Origin: an uncultured Pseudomonadota bacterium
GTDB lineage: Bacteria > UBA10199 > JACPAL01 > GCA-016699445
Direction: 5' to 3'
Length of the DNA: 64,000 nt
NCBI GenBank assembly: GCA_964555055.1
Contig: CAZKQW010000001.1
Location: 329,196 to 393,195, forward strand
The position numbers and the translations under genes are program-made. The notes under the pieces are model-generated. The model saw nothing but the letters and a program-made list of their open reading frames with translations. It had not been told where the DNA came from and searched no databases. This document shows, in pieces, positions 10,898 to 21,076 of this stretch; the stretch's first letter is position 1, and each line of letters opens with the position of its first letter.

Positions 10898-13081
10898 TTA
10901 GGCATCACCCTGAGCCCCTACGGGAATCCATTCGCCGATTAAAATTCGGTTCACCTCTTCATCATCCAGATCTACCCAATCTATGAAGCCCAATAAACGT
11001 CTTTGAGCATCAGGATCCTGGCAGTACTGCATAACCGCATGTCCGTATACCTCCAGCTTATACGGAGGTAGAGAACTCGCAAAACCGTTGAAAATCGTTC
11101 TAAGGCGCCTCCAATCTTCCTCAGGAAGCTTTATTCCGGCGGCCAGAACACCCAGGAGAAGCGTTTCATAAAAACTCTGAAAGTTCAGGGATTCCATGTA
11201 TCGCCAAATTTCGTCTTTTGAAACACCGCGGATACACGCCGCCCTATAGCATAACACCGTAAAAGTGGTACTATAATCGGGCTGCTTGAGGGATTGCAGC
11301 TCCATTTTGCCATGGAGAAACTCTAGAAGGAAATCCAGGTCAGGGCCGTTACGGCTTTGCAGGAGACGATCGAATTTCGCGAATCCCTCCTCGGCAAGAC
11401 TATCGACTCGCCGCACCGAGCTTAACACCTGATCAATCTTTCCCAGAAGGGGGGAGCCATGGACCCGCATTTCCAGAAGATAGATAAGCTCCGTCAATGG
11501 GATAGAGTCGCTTTTTCTGCCTTCATAAGCTTCCAGGACTTCCTCGCGATGTTTTTCCGAGTGTCCTTTATCCATCAACCACCGCACCAAAGATGCGGGC
11601 GAAGATGCTTTCGCTTGTTTCAAGAGCAACCCTTCGATTTCCCCATCGGAAGGCCGTGCGGGAGCTCGCCCCCGATAGCGGAGATGGTCATATGCCACTA
11701 AAACAACGGAATCCGGCCTTGTTCGGGGGCCTTTTGGAAGTCCCAACGACTCCCGGAGGATACGAGGTTCGATATCGGCACCACGGCAAGCGTTAACGTA
11801 ATCGACGACTTCTTGCGCGTCTTCCAGTTTTTTTAAAGGACGCCCTTGTCCATAAGAAGGACTCCTCCGTCCTTGGGGGAATACGAACATTCTAAAAGCT
11901 TCCACCGACGCATCGACGGCGCAGGCTTTGTTGGCCTGGGCTTCCGTCGCTCTCAGGAAAGCCTGGCAGAACAACAGCCTTTCGTCGCTTATGTCCGGAT
12001 CATAGTCGAAATCCCGCGGATCCATCCCGACTTCAAACATAACCTCCGGGAAAGCGCCGGGATACGGGCAAGGTGGCATTTCCCTTTCGTAGATCCTCGC
12101 CGAGACGAAACGCATTCCCCCGCGATGCAAAGCGATAAGCTCGTTTAAAAAAGTGCCTAATGAAAGCACCTCGACACCGTCTTTCACGTAAGCGACGAAA
12201 GCTTTACTCGTAGGATCGGCAAGGGGCACAAAAAAAGATTGGAGTTGATCCACAGAGTCCGCCCGTCCGTCTTGTCCGTTCCCGGAAGGCCTCATCGCTA
12301 ACACAAGATTTTGCCCCTGGCCCAAAGATCGAACGATATCGATCGGCCTTAAAAGGAATGTTCTCTGGACCGCTAGTGGCGTCGTCACTAGCCCTTTTTG
12401 ATCACGCTCAAGTCGCATATCCAACAAGAGTCCGGAGCATAAGTTCGCTGCCATCATCGTATGCAAACCTTCACTAGCAAGCGTGGCATGATCACGCATG
12501 ATTGCGCTAAACGCCGCCTTACAAACCATGTCGACATAACCCAAAACTCCGGGGATCAATCCAAAGCCTACCCGTCTCTGGGTATTGAGAAGAACCGATC
12601 GGAGGGCATGGCACGCGTCTGGATCTTCCATCAAATGATCCAACGTACAAGTTTCCACTTCTGGCAAAGCAATTGAGAAGCGAGCTCCCACATGAGGAAG
12701 GGACAGGGAACCGAGGGTTCCGTGAGCATCGCAAACCATACGCTCCTTTTCCGTCTCAAGACAGAGAATAACACCATGTAGAGAGGGCATAGCATGCCCT
12801 ACGACATACCCTTCGGCGTGCAAAACCGCCCTAGCCACTTCAAGAAGGGGCGTTTCCTCTGCTAAATCCTCTATTTCGAACTGACTACCATTAGGTCCTT
12901 GAGCAAAAATACGGTAAAAAGGTCCCGGCCCTGAGGGGAGAACTGGTATTGTCGACTCAACACCTATCGGCCTAGAAATACCATCTGTTAAATTATGCTC
13001 AAACGGCGCCATAGGCGTTGGTGCCACTGGGTTTTCTGGCTGCATGATCTGATTGGCAGAAAATAATATGTTAACTTTCAT
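10898..13081 (-). CDS. hypothetical 727-aa protein, no recognisable domain
   Basis: Long uninterrupted ORF on the opposite strand between sdhB and sucC. No motif recognised. No clear RBS at either candidate ATG (13081 or 13045). Confidence 0.6.
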   Translation of the reverse strand: MKVNILFSANQIMQPENPVAPTPMAPFEHNLTDGISRPIGVESTIPVLPSGPGPFYRIFAQGPNGSQFEIEDLAEETPLLEVARAVLHAEGYVVGHAMPSLHGVILCLETEKERMVCDAHGTLGSLSLPHVGARFSIALPEVETCTLDHLMEDPDACHALRSVLLNTQRRVGFGLIPGVLGYVDMVCKAAFSAIMRDHATLASEGLHTMMAANLCSGLLLDMRLERDQKGLVTTPLAVQRTFLLRPIDIVRSLGQGQNLVLAMRPSGNGQDGRADSVDQLQSFFVPLADPTSKAFVAYVKDGVEVLSLGTFLNELIALHRGGMRFVSARIYEREMPPCPYPGAFPEVMFEVGMDPRDFDYDPDISDERLLFCQAFLRATEAQANKACAVDASVEAFRMFVFPQGRRSPSYGQGRPLKKLEDAQEVVDYVNACRGADIEPRILRESLGLPKGPRTRPDSVVLVAYDHLRYRGRAPARPSDGEIEGLLLKQAKASSPASLVRWLMDKGHSEKHREEVLEAYEGRKSDSIPLTELIYLLEMRVHGSPLLGKIDQVLSSVRRVDSLAEEGFAKFDRLLQSRNGPDLDFLLEFLHGKMELQSLKQPDYSTTFTVLCYRAACIRGVSKDEIWRYMESLNFQSFYETLLLGVLAAGIKLPEEDWRRLRTIFNGFASSLPPYKLEVYGHAVMQYCQDPDAQRRLLGFIDWVDLDDEEVNRILIGEWIPVGAQGDA

Positions 13082-13169
13082 AAGTAACTCGTTCCATTAG
13101 CGTTTTCGATTTTAGGGCCAAAAAGTTGCTTGCCCCATAAAACTTTTTACTGATAGTCCCGCCCAACTT

Positions 13170-14324
13170 ATGAAAATCCATGAATACCAGGGCAAGGAAG
13201 TCTTGCGGGCGTATGGCGTCCCGACTCCGGAAAATCGCGTCGCGTTCACCGTCGAGGAGGCCGTCAAGGCCGCCAAAGAGCTCGGATTCCCGGTCGTCGT
13301 GAAGGCCCAGATCCACGCGGGAGGGCGCGGTAAAGGCGGCGGCGTGAAGCTCGCGAAGACCCTCGAGGAAGCCGAAGCCCACGCCAAAGCCATCCTCGGC
13401 ATGACCCTGGTCACCCATCAGACGGGTCCCGAAGGGAAACTCGTCAAAAAACTCCTCGTCGAAAAGGGCTGCAACATCGCCCGCGAACTCTATTTAGGCG
13501 TCGTCTTGGACCGTGCGACCTCCCGGGTCACGTTCATGGCCAGCTCCGAAGGCGGCATGGAGATCGAGGAAGTGGCCGCGAAGAATCCGGAAAAGATCTT
13601 CAAGATCGCCGTCGACCCCGCGAAGGGGGTGGATAAGGCGGAAACGATCGCCGTCGCCCAAAAGTTGAACCTCACCGGAGATCTTCCGGAAAAGTTCTTC
13701 GGTTTCGTGTCGGCCCTCTACGAAGCCTATATGAAGGGTGATTGCTCGCTCGCTGAAATCAATCCCTTGGTGGTCACCGGCGACGGGAATCTCCTCGCCT
13801 TGGATGCCAAGATCAATTTCGACGATAACGCCCTCTTCCGCCATCCCGACTACGAAGCCATGAGGGATTTGGATGAGGAAGATGCCGCGGAAATCGAAGC
13901 GAAGAAGTACGATTTATCCTATATCAGCTTGGACGGAACGATCGGCTGCATGGTGAACGGAGCCGGCCTCGCCATGGCGACGATGGACATCATCAAGCTC
14001 AGCGGCGGCGAACCCGCGAACTTCCTCGACGTCGGCGGCGGCGCGACGGCCGAAAAGGTCACGGCGGCCTTCAAGATCATCCTCGCCGATCCCAAAGTGA
14101 AGGGCATCTTGATCAATATCTTCGGCGGCATCATGAAATGCGATACAATCGCGAACGGCGTCGTCACGGCCGCCCGCGAAGTCCAGATCAAGGTCCCCGT
14201 CGTCGTCCGCCTGCAAGGCACAAACGTGGACCTTGGGAAGAAGATCTTGGAAGAATCGAACCTGCCGCTCGTGTCGGAGGACGATTTGTCGAAGGCCGCT
14301 GCGAAGATCGTCGAGATGTCCTAA
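13170..14324 (+). CDS. sucC: succinyl-CoA synthetase beta subunit
   Basis: '[18 protein letters not shown]' and '[19 protein letters not shown]' are canonical SucC. Confidence 0.95.
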   Translation: MKIHEYQGKEVLRAYGVPTPENRVAFTVEEAVKAAKELGFPVVVKAQIHAGGRGKGGGVKLAKTLEEAEAHAKAILGMTLVTHQTGPEGKLVKKLLVEKGCNIARELYLGVVLDRATSRVTFMASSEGGMEIEEVAAKNPEKIFKIAVDPAKGVDKAETIAVAQKLNLTGDLPEKFFGFVSALYEAYMKGDCSLAEINPLVVTGDGNLLALDAKINFDDNALFRHPDYEAMRDLDEEDAAEIEAKKYDLSYISLDGTIGCMVNGAGLAMATMDIIKLSGGEPANFLDVGGGATAEKVTAAFKIILADPKVKGILINIFGGIMKCDTIANGVVTAAREVQIKVPVVVRLQGTNVDLGKKILEESNLPLVSEDDLSKAAAKIVEMS

Positions 14325-14356
14325 TAGCCTCCATAGCTTAAAGATAAGGAAAGATT

Positions 14357-15229
14357 ATGTCCGTTCTCGTGAACAAAGATACGAAGGTCATGACCCAGGG
14401 AATCACCGGAAACACCGGCCAATTCCATACGCGCCAATGCCTGGCTTACGGCACCCAGATGGCGGCCGGCGTCACGCCGGGCAAGGGTGGGCAGGATTTC
14501 GAAGGCATTCCGATCTTCAATTCCGTCAAGGAAGCGAAGGGGAAGACGGGATCGACCGTCTCGGTGATCTACGTGCCGCCCAAGTTCGCAGCCGCGGCCA
14601 TTAAAGAGGCCGTCGACGCGGACCTCGACCTCGTCGTCTGCATCACCGAAGGCATCCCGATCACCGACATGATCTTGGTGAAACGCTACATGCAGGGCAA
14701 GCGCACGCGCTTGATCGGTCCCAACTGTCCGGGCATCATCACCCCCGGCGAATGCAAGATCGGCATCATGCCCGGCCACATCCACCGCCCTGGCAAGGTC
14801 GGCATCGTCTCCCGCTCGGGGACGTTGACCTACGAAGCCGTTGATCAAGTGACGCGCATGGGCTTGGGCCAATCCACTTGCATCGGCATCGGCGGCGACC
14901 CCGTGAACGGGACGAACTTCATCGATTGTCTCGAGCTCTTTAATAAGGATCCCCAAACCGAAGCCATCGTCATGATCGGCGAGATCGGCGGTTCGGCCGA
15001 AGAGGAAGCCGCGGACTACATTAAGAAGAACATTAAGAAGCCCATGGTGAGCTTCATCGCCGGTATTTCCGCGCCCGAGGGCAAACGCATGGGCCACGCG
15101 GGCGCCATCATCGCGGGCGGCAAAGGCACGGCCACGGAAAAAATGAAGGCCTTGACCGCGGCGGGTGTTAAAGTGGTGAAGAGCATCGCCGAGATCGGCC
15201 AAGGCTTGAAGGAAGTCTACAAACCGTAA
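14357..15229 (+). CDS. sucD: succinyl-CoA synthetase alpha subunit
   Basis: '[15 protein letters not shown]', 'SRSGTLTYE' and 'GHAGAII' (phospho-His loop). Confidence 0.95.
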   Translation: MSVLVNKDTKVMTQGITGNTGQFHTRQCLAYGTQMAAGVTPGKGGQDFEGIPIFNSVKEAKGKTGSTVSVIYVPPKFAAAAIKEAVDADLDLVVCITEGIPITDMILVKRYMQGKRTRLIGPNCPGIITPGECKIGIMPGHIHRPGKVGIVSRSGTLTYEAVDQVTRMGLGQSTCIGIGGDPVNGTNFIDCLELFNKDPQTEAIVMIGEIGGSAEEEAADYIKKNIKKPMVSFIAGISAPEGKRMGHAGAIIAGGKGTATEKMKALTAAGVKVVKSIAEIGQGLKEVYKP

Positions 15230-15246
15230 TTTCGAAAGGAACTTTT

Positions 15247-15657
15247 ATGTCCAAAGAACGCACTCTATCCATCATCAAGCCCGACGGCGTGAAGAAGAAC
15301 GCCATCGGCGACATCCTCGCCCGCTTTGAAAAGGCCCGTTTACAAATCGTGGGTCTGAAGATGCTCAATCTGACCGAAGCCCAAGCCCGTGAATTCTACG
15401 CCGTCCACAAGGAACGTCCCTTCTATAACGACCTCGTCAAGTACATGACGTCGGGCACCGTCGTCGTCTCCGCCCTCGAAGGCGAGAACGCCGTGGTGAA
15501 GAACCGCGAAATCATGGGGGCCACCGACCCGAAGAAGGCCGCGGCCGGCACGATCCGCCATGACTGGGCCGAATCCATCGACGCGAACGCGGTTCACGGT
15601 TCCGACTCGGTCGAGAACGCCCAGAACGAAATCAAATTCTTTTTCCCTGAATTATAA
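15247..15657 (+). CDS. ndk: nucleoside-diphosphate kinase
   Basis: '[12 protein letters not shown]' and 'NAVHGSDS' active-site motif. Confidence 0.95.
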   Translation: MSKERTLSIIKPDGVKKNAIGDILARFEKARLQIVGLKMLNLTEAQAREFYAVHKERPFYNDLVKYMTSGTVVVSALEGENAVVKNREIMGATDPKKAAAGTIRHDWAESIDANAVHGSDSVENAQNEIKFFFPEL

Positions 15658-15672
15658 GCGGTAATCCCCGTC

Positions 15673-16095
15673 TTACTTGAGGTCGGACGCGCACTGCGCG
15701 CAGCGAATCGCCTGGAGCGGAATGTTCGAGAGGCAATAGGGGCATTCCTTCGTCGTCGTCGCCTTTTTGGGTCCGAGACGGTTGATTTGCTTGATCACGA
15801 GGAAAATCGCGAAGGCGACGATCAGGAAATCGATCACCGTATTGAGGAAAAGACCGTAATTGATCGTCGGCGCCCCGGCCGCCTTGGCTTGGGGCAAGGA
15901 AGCGTAGCCGTTCCCGGATAAATCCACGAAGAGGTTCGAAAAATCCAGCCGTCCCAACAGCAAGCCCAGAGGCGGCATCAGGATGTCGTTCACGAGCGAC
16001 GTGGCGATCTTGCCGAAGGCGCCCCCGATGATGACGCCGACGGCCATGTCGATGACGTTCCCCTTCATGGCGAATTCCTTGAATTCCTTGAGCAT
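15673..16095 (-). CDS. mscL: large-conductance mechanosensitive channel with C-terminal zinc-ribbon tail
   Basis: '[26 protein letters not shown]' is the MscL signature. The C-terminus carries 'CPYC...CAQC'. Confidence 0.9.
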   Translation of the reverse strand: MLKEFKEFAMKGNVIDMAVGVIIGGAFGKIATSLVNDILMPPLGLLLGRLDFSNLFVDLSGNGYASLPQAKAAGAPTINYGLFLNTVIDFLIVAFAIFLVIKQINRLGPKKATTTKECPYCLSNIPLQAIRCAQCASDLK

Positions 16096-16122
16096 ATATT
16101 CTCCTTAATGGGCCGACCGAAT

Positions 16123-18090
16123 CTAGGTCATTACGCGCACGGGCAGCACCATGCCGTTGAGGCCCGCGAATTGAAGGCGTCTTTGGATTTGGAAAGCCGT
16201 CTCGTTATGGAGCAGGCGTTGGTACCACTTCTCCTGCTCGAAGATCAGCTTTCCCGCGAAGCAGATGGATTGGGGGAACTCCTTGGAGACTCTTTGGCAG
16301 ATTTGGATGGCTTCTTCGACGGCTTCGATGCCCACGCTCATCCGGTAATCCGCGGACAATCCCAGCCGGTGAGCCAATGAGACGTATTCCTTCAAGGAAC
16401 TTTCCGTTTTCTCCCTTACCTGCTCCACTTCCTCGTGCCCCTGCATGGACGCCGAATCGATGACGCCCACCGAGACGAAGATGAAGTTCTTGAAGTAATC
16501 GGGGAACAATCGCTGGACGGTCAAGAGAGCGTGGATGCCCAAGCCGCCGTAACCGCCGACCATGAGGATAGCCGTTTGCTCCCGGGGATTGACGGGCGGC
16601 GGGAGTCCGCCGATCGGCTCCTCGGGCAAGGCGTTCATGATTTCATCGAGGCGTTTAAGGTTCGTCTGCACTTTTCTATAGTGACGTCGGATCAAGAAAC
16701 ACACGCCGATGAAGAGGGACGTGATCCCGAGCGTCATCCAGCCTCCCTCCGTGAACTTCTCGTAGACGACCATCATGAGGATGGACACGCAGAGGATCAA
16801 CGCCACGAGATAGACGCGGATATTCTTCTTCCATTGGGGGTCGGTCTTCCGCTTGTTGTACCAGAAGCGGCACATGGCCAACTGCGTGATGGAGAAGGTC
16901 ACGAAGACATTGATGGAATACATCGTCACCAAGGCCGTGATGTTGCCGCCCGTATAGATCAAGGTGAGCAAGGACGCGCCTCCGACTAAAATCACGCCGT
17001 CCTGGATCGTCAACCGGTCCGATAATTGGGAAAACCGGTGAGGAAGCCAGGAATCCGTCGCCATATTCGCCATCACGCGAGGACCCGCGATAAACCCCGC
17101 TTGGGCCGCCACGAACAAAAGCGCCGCTTCGGTCGCCAAGGTGACGACTACGAAGAAATGCCCCACCGGGATCCCGAAGGGAACCCACGACCCGCTGAAG
17201 TTTTGAAGCAGGACTGCGTTCATCGTCTTCCCTTCCTCGGGGAAGACGTCGTACAGAAGGTAGCAAATGATGATGCCCGCCACCGCGACGGCCAGCGAAA
17301 CCGTCATGTAGAGCATGGTCTTCCGGCCCGTCTCGATCTTGGGTTCGCGCATGATCTGCAAGCCGTTCGAAACGGCTTCGATCCCCGTATACGTGCCTCC
17401 GCCCATCGAATAGGCGCGGGCGAGGATGGCGAGCATCCCGAGGAGGCCGACCGTTTGATAGCCTGTGACAAATCCGGTTTTTACTTCCGCAACCACTCGG
17501 GGGATCTCAAAAAGGTGAGAAAAGATCCCTCCCCCAATGACGATTAAATGACATACGATAAATAAAGCGAAGACGGGGGCAAGAACTGTGACCGACTCTT
17601 TTACTCCGCGCAGGTTCATGATAACTAAAAGGAGGATGACGATGGCTTCGACAATTAATTTGTATTGACCCCAATGAGTGGGAAGGACGCTGAACACTTG
17701 GTCTGCACCACTGGCGATCGAAACAGAAACAGTCAAAATATAATCCACGATCAAAGCAGAACCCGAGATGACACCGACATTTGGCCCCAATAGCTTCGTC
17801 GCCACCATGTACCCACCACCACCATAAGGGAATTGTTTAATTAGGTGAGTATAAGAGATGGAGATGATGACGACCGTTAATGCTGTCGCAATGGCTAAAA
17901 TGATCGCCAAGTAAGTATGAGAACCTAAGGCTCGGAAGGCTTCGTCGGGTCCATAAGAAGCCGATGAAAGTCCGTCAGCCCCTAGACCTACCCAAGCCAA
18001 CAAGGCCACCAGCGAAATGGAGTGATAAGTTTTAGGATCGCTTAAATTCCGAGGCGCGCCAAAAATCCAACGTTTCCAACGACTTGACAT
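16123..18090 (-). CDS. APC-superfamily amino acid/polyamine permease with C-terminal cytoplasmic domain
   Basis: About 12 predicted TM helices over roughly 450 aa with APC-like glycine-rich helices, then a soluble tail of about 180 aa. Confidence 0.75.
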   Translation of the reverse strand: MSSRWKRWIFGAPRNLSDPKTYHSISLVALLAWVGLGADGLSSASYGPDEAFRALGSHTYLAIILAIATALTVVIISISYTHLIKQFPYGGGGYMVATKLLGPNVGVISGSALIVDYILTVSVSIASGADQVFSVLPTHWGQYKLIVEAIVILLLVIMNLRGVKESVTVLAPVFALFIVCHLIVIGGGIFSHLFEIPRVVAEVKTGFVTGYQTVGLLGMLAILARAYSMGGGTYTGIEAVSNGLQIMREPKIETGRKTMLYMTVSLAVAVAGIIICYLLYDVFPEEGKTMNAVLLQNFSGSWVPFGIPVGHFFVVVTLATEAALLFVAAQAGFIAGPRVMANMATDSWLPHRFSQLSDRLTIQDGVILVGGASLLTLIYTGGNITALVTMYSINVFVTFSITQLAMCRFWYNKRKTDPQWKKNIRVYLVALILCVSILMMVVYEKFTEGGWMTLGITSLFIGVCFLIRRHYRKVQTNLKRLDEIMNALPEEPIGGLPPPVNPREQTAILMVGGYGGLGIHALLTVQRLFPDYFKNFIFVSVGVIDSASMQGHEEVEQVREKTESSLKEYVSLAHRLGLSADYRMSVGIEAVEEAIQICQRVSKEFPQSICFAGKLIFEQEKWYQRLLHNETAFQIQRRLQFAGLNGMVLPVRVMT

Positions 18091-18148
18091 AGTGTCGGAC
18101 GCGATTGCCCCACACTCTACTCAAATGCAAGATTATTTACCGAGTTCT

Positions 18149-18529
18149 TTATAAGGAAGAGCCGGTGGTCATCCCCGACTTTTTTTCGGCGAATTCGGCG
18201 ATAAACGGAATGCGCCAACGATCACCTTGATAGGCTTTAATAAGGCTAACAAACCAAATGATGAAAGCTCCTAAGAAAACCGGAAATATCAAGAGGCTCA
18301 CGATGATACCTAAAAAACTCCAAATTTTGCCAAAAATACCTGCCACGATATAAATGAGGGTGATCAAGAGAAGACAGCCGACCCCGAAGGCCGTCCCTTG
18401 CCAGGCATGGTATTGCACTTCTTTATTGTCCTCCTCTAACAACATCATAATGATACTGGAGACGGGCATCACGATATAGCAAAGAGCGTTCGCCAGGTTT
18501 TGCGCTAAGCCGGTTCCTTTGGTTGTCAT
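18149..18529 (-). CDS. small integral membrane protein (DUF4870-like)
   Basis: 126 aa with 3-4 TM helices. 'NKEVQYHAWQG' resembles the DUF4870 motif. Confidence 0.5.
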   Translation of the reverse strand: MTTKGTGLAQNLANALCYIVMPVSSIIMMLLEEDNKEVQYHAWQGTAFGVGCLLLITLIYIVAGIFGKIWSFLGIIVSLLIFPVFLGAFIIWFVSLIKAYQGDRWRIPFIAEFAEKKSGMTTGSSL

Positions 18530-18580
18530 AAAGACCCTTTCATTTCCAAAAATGGCAGAAAGCCGAGCTTACACATTTTT

Positions 18581-20413
18581 TTATTCTTGGTAAAGATTCT
18601 CGATGACGTCCCGGTATTTTTCGTTCACGAATTTCCGCTTCACCTTCAGGGTGGGGGTCAACTCCCCCGTTTCCTGGCTGAAATCGTTCGGGAGGATGGC
18701 GAACCGCTTGATGCTTTCGTAGGATGCCAGAGTCTTGTTCTTTTCGTCCAAAATCTGGTGGAGCCACTGGTGGGTGGTGGGGTGCTTGACCAATTCATCA
18801 TACGTCTGGACTTGAAGGCCCATCTTTTGAGCCCATTCCTCGAGGACATCCTTAGTCAAGGTCAACAGGGCCGCCAAGTATTTGCGGCGGTCGCCGATGA
18901 TGACGGCTTGGCTGATGACGGGAACCGTCTTGAGCTGGTTTTCGATGTTTTGAGGGGCGATATTCTTGCCCCCCGCCGTGATGATCAGATCTTTCTTCCG
19001 GTCAGTGATCTTCAAATAACCCCGGGCGTCGAATTCTCCGATGTCGCCCGTCTTAAACCACCCGTCTTCGCTCAAGACCTCGCGGGTCGCCTCCGGGTTC
19101 TTATAATACCCCTGGAAAACCATCGGTCCCTTGACCAGGATTTCCCCATCCGGGGCGATCTTTTCCTGGACACCTTTGACGGGGAGTCCCACCGTGCCGA
19201 AGGCGTAGTGCGAAGGGCTATTGCAATTGACAGCCGCCGTGGTCTCCGTCAGGCCATAACCTTCCAGGATCAAGATGCCGGCGGCATGGAAGAATTGGGC
19301 GATTTCCCGGGAGAGGGGCGCCCCCCCCGAAACGGCGTACATCAAACGACCCCCAAGGCGTCGTCGGAGCTTTCCGAAGACCAACCGGCTGGCGATTTTG
19401 CTTTGTAACCAGAGGCCGGGAGATAAGGATTGCCCCTTTTGGACCCGTCGGCTCACTTCCCCGCCGACGACGACGCCCCACTTGAAGATCGATTGTTTGG
19501 TCGGACTCCCCGCCTCGACTTGCTGCAGAATCTTCTCGTACACCTTTTCGAAGATACGGGGAACGGCGACGAAGAAATGGGGCCGTATCTCACCGAGGTT
19601 ATCCACCAATTTATCGATGCTTTCGGCGAAGGCTTGGGTGAACCCCACCCGTAAATGGTAGAACTGCATTTCCCGCGCGAGGATATGGGCTAAAGGCAAG
19701 AATAAAAGGCTCGTGTCCTCTTCGGAAATGGTGAATAAAGCCGTGCACGCGTCGATTCCGGAGAGGAAATTCCCGTGGGTCAGGATGGCCCCCTTCGGAG
19801 GACCCGTCGTTCCCGAGGTATAGACGAGGGTCGCCGTTTGGTTCGGCTCGATGGCCTCCAGACCTTCCCTCCACGCGGCCTCGTTCCCTTCCTCGACGCC
19901 GAGCTTCTGCAGCTCCTCTAAAGTCATCTGCATTTCATGGGCTTCTTTTTTACCGTGGAAAAGGACGATCCTCTGCAACTGGGGCAGATTCGGCAATTCG
20001 GCCTTGATCTTCTTCAAGAGGTGGGTGTTCTCGGCGAAAACCCAACGCGATCCGGAATTGTTCAGGATATAAGCGACTTGGTCGGGCGTAGTGGACTGGT
20101 AAATAGGCACCGAAACCGCGCCTAAGGACAGAATCGCCAGGTCCGAGACCGTCCACTCCATACAGGTATTCGAAAAGATAGCGACCGTGTCGCCTTTTTT
20201 CACGCCTAAGGCGCTGAGTCCTAAGGCTACTTCCTTCACCTTTTCCCCGACATCCAGCCATGACAGGGAGATCCAGGCACCGTCTTTTTTGTGCTTGAAG
20301 CAAATGCGATGGCGGAATTTTTCGACGCTTCTATAGAAGTCGCTCGCGAGATTGGAAACGGAATTTTTTGAAGGCATGCGCGCCGAGATAACGAAGGCTT
20401 TTTTAAGAAGCAA
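18581..20413 (-). CDS. long-chain fatty acid--CoA ligase (AMP-forming)
   Basis: 'LVYTSGTTGPPKGA' AMP-binding motif, 'GYGLTET' and 'TGDIGEFDARGYLKITDRKKD'. The start is either TTG at 20413 or ATG at 20377. Confidence 0.85.
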   Translation of the reverse strand: MLLKKAFVISARMPSKNSVSNLASDFYRSVEKFRHRICFKHKKDGAWISLSWLDVGEKVKEVALGLSALGVKKGDTVAIFSNTCMEWTVSDLAILSLGAVSVPIYQSTTPDQVAYILNNSGSRWVFAENTHLLKKIKAELPNLPQLQRIVLFHGKKEAHEMQMTLEELQKLGVEEGNEAAWREGLEAIEPNQTATLVYTSGTTGPPKGAILTHGNFLSGIDACTALFTISEEDTSLLFLPLAHILAREMQFYHLRVGFTQAFAESIDKLVDNLGEIRPHFFVAVPRIFEKVYEKILQQVEAGSPTKQSIFKWGVVVGGEVSRRVQKGQSLSPGLWLQSKIASRLVFGKLRRRLGGRLMYAVSGGAPLSREIAQFFHAAGILILEGYGLTETTAAVNCNSPSHYAFGTVGLPVKGVQEKIAPDGEILVKGPMVFQGYYKNPEATREVLSEDGWFKTGDIGEFDARGYLKITDRKKDLIITAGGKNIAPQNIENQLKTVPVISQAVIIGDRRKYLAALLTLTKDVLEEWAQKMGLQVQTYDELVKHPTTHQWLHQILDEKNKTLASYESIKRFAILPNDFSQETGELTPTLKVKRKFVNEKYRDVIENLYQE

Positions 20414-20419
20414 CCGGAT

Positions 20420-20863
20420 TCAATACCCGTAAGCCAAATCGAAGGCGTGCTCGATCCACTCGATCTGCGGCGTTTCGGAGTCCGCCCAGTCGATCAGCAA
20501 GGCGCTAAAGGCCGCCGAAACGTCCCCTCCACGCTTCGCCAGATACTCTTGCGCGGTCTTGGAGATTTTCCTCTGTTTGGAATACGGGATGGATTCCCGG
20601 GGCGAGACCACGTCCCCCCGATGGCGGGTTTTAACTTCCACGAAATGGACCGTCGCGCTCGGCTCATGCTCGACGATCAGGTCGATTTCGCCGACCCGGG
20701 AGCGGTAGTTACGGACCAGTATTTTGAAACCTCTGGATTGGAGGTAACGGGCGGCTAAATCCTCGCCGTCGGCGCCGAACCGTTTCCGGGCGGCGTCATT
20801 GGAAGTTTCATGGGAAACGCCACGAGAAAAGGCTTGCTTCTTCAGGGGCCGTCCTATAGCCAT
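20420..20863 (-). CDS. yraN: YraN-family (UPF0102) endonuclease-like protein
   Basis: '[34 protein letters not shown]' is the YraN core. The start was set at ATG 20863 so that it does not run across rpmB. The start remains uncertain. Confidence 0.65.
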   Translation of the reverse strand: MAIGRPLKKQAFSRGVSHETSNDAARKRFGADGEDLAARYLQSRGFKILVRNYRSRVGEIDLIVEHEPSATVHFVEVKTRHRGDVVSPRESIPYSKQRKISKTAQEYLAKRGGDVSAAFSALLIDWADSETPQIEWIEHAFDLAYGY

Positions 20864-20884
20864 GCCGCCTTTATCGGAGGAATT

Positions 20885-21076
20885 ATGGCCCGTAGTTGTC
20901 ATTATTGTAATAAAAAGAGGCTCGTCGGGAATAACGTCAGCCACGCCAACAACAAGACCAAGAAGATCTCGCTGCCCAACCTTCAAACCGTCCGCGCCCT
21001 CGTGAAGGGTTCCGTCCAACGCGTCTACGCCTGCACCCGCTGCATCCGTTCCGGTTTCGTCACGAAGGCCGCTTAA
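20885..21076 (+). CDS. rpmB: 50S ribosomal protein L28
   Basis: GGAGG RBS. '[27 protein letters not shown]' is canonical L28. Confidence 0.9.
   Translation: MARSCHYCNKKRLVGNNVSHANNKTKKISLPNLQTVRALVKGSVQRVYACTRCIRSGFVTKAA

Noticed and set aside
13115-13130. Sigma-54-like motif GGGCCAAAAAGTTGCT on the plus strand, 40 nt upstream of sucC.
   Set aside because: GG/GC spacing is correct, but the -24 element lacks the leading T and the CAC context, and sucCD is not an expected sigma-54 target. About two chance TGGC-N7-TTGC-type hits are expected in the window. It is kept as a caution for the other sigma-54 calls and should be included in a PWM scan.
15673-15760. C-terminal CPYC...CAQC zinc ribbon on MscL as a possible novelty.
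   Set aside because: As far as I recall, MscL homologues with a C-terminal zinc-ribbon tail occur in several bacterial lineages. Without a database check there is no basis to call it unusual.
20864-21019. Upstream 52-aa extension of the yraN ORF in the track.
   Set aside because: It would run antisense across the rpmB RBS and the first 45 codons of rpmB, and it has no YraN homology. The shorter start at 20863 is still uncertain.
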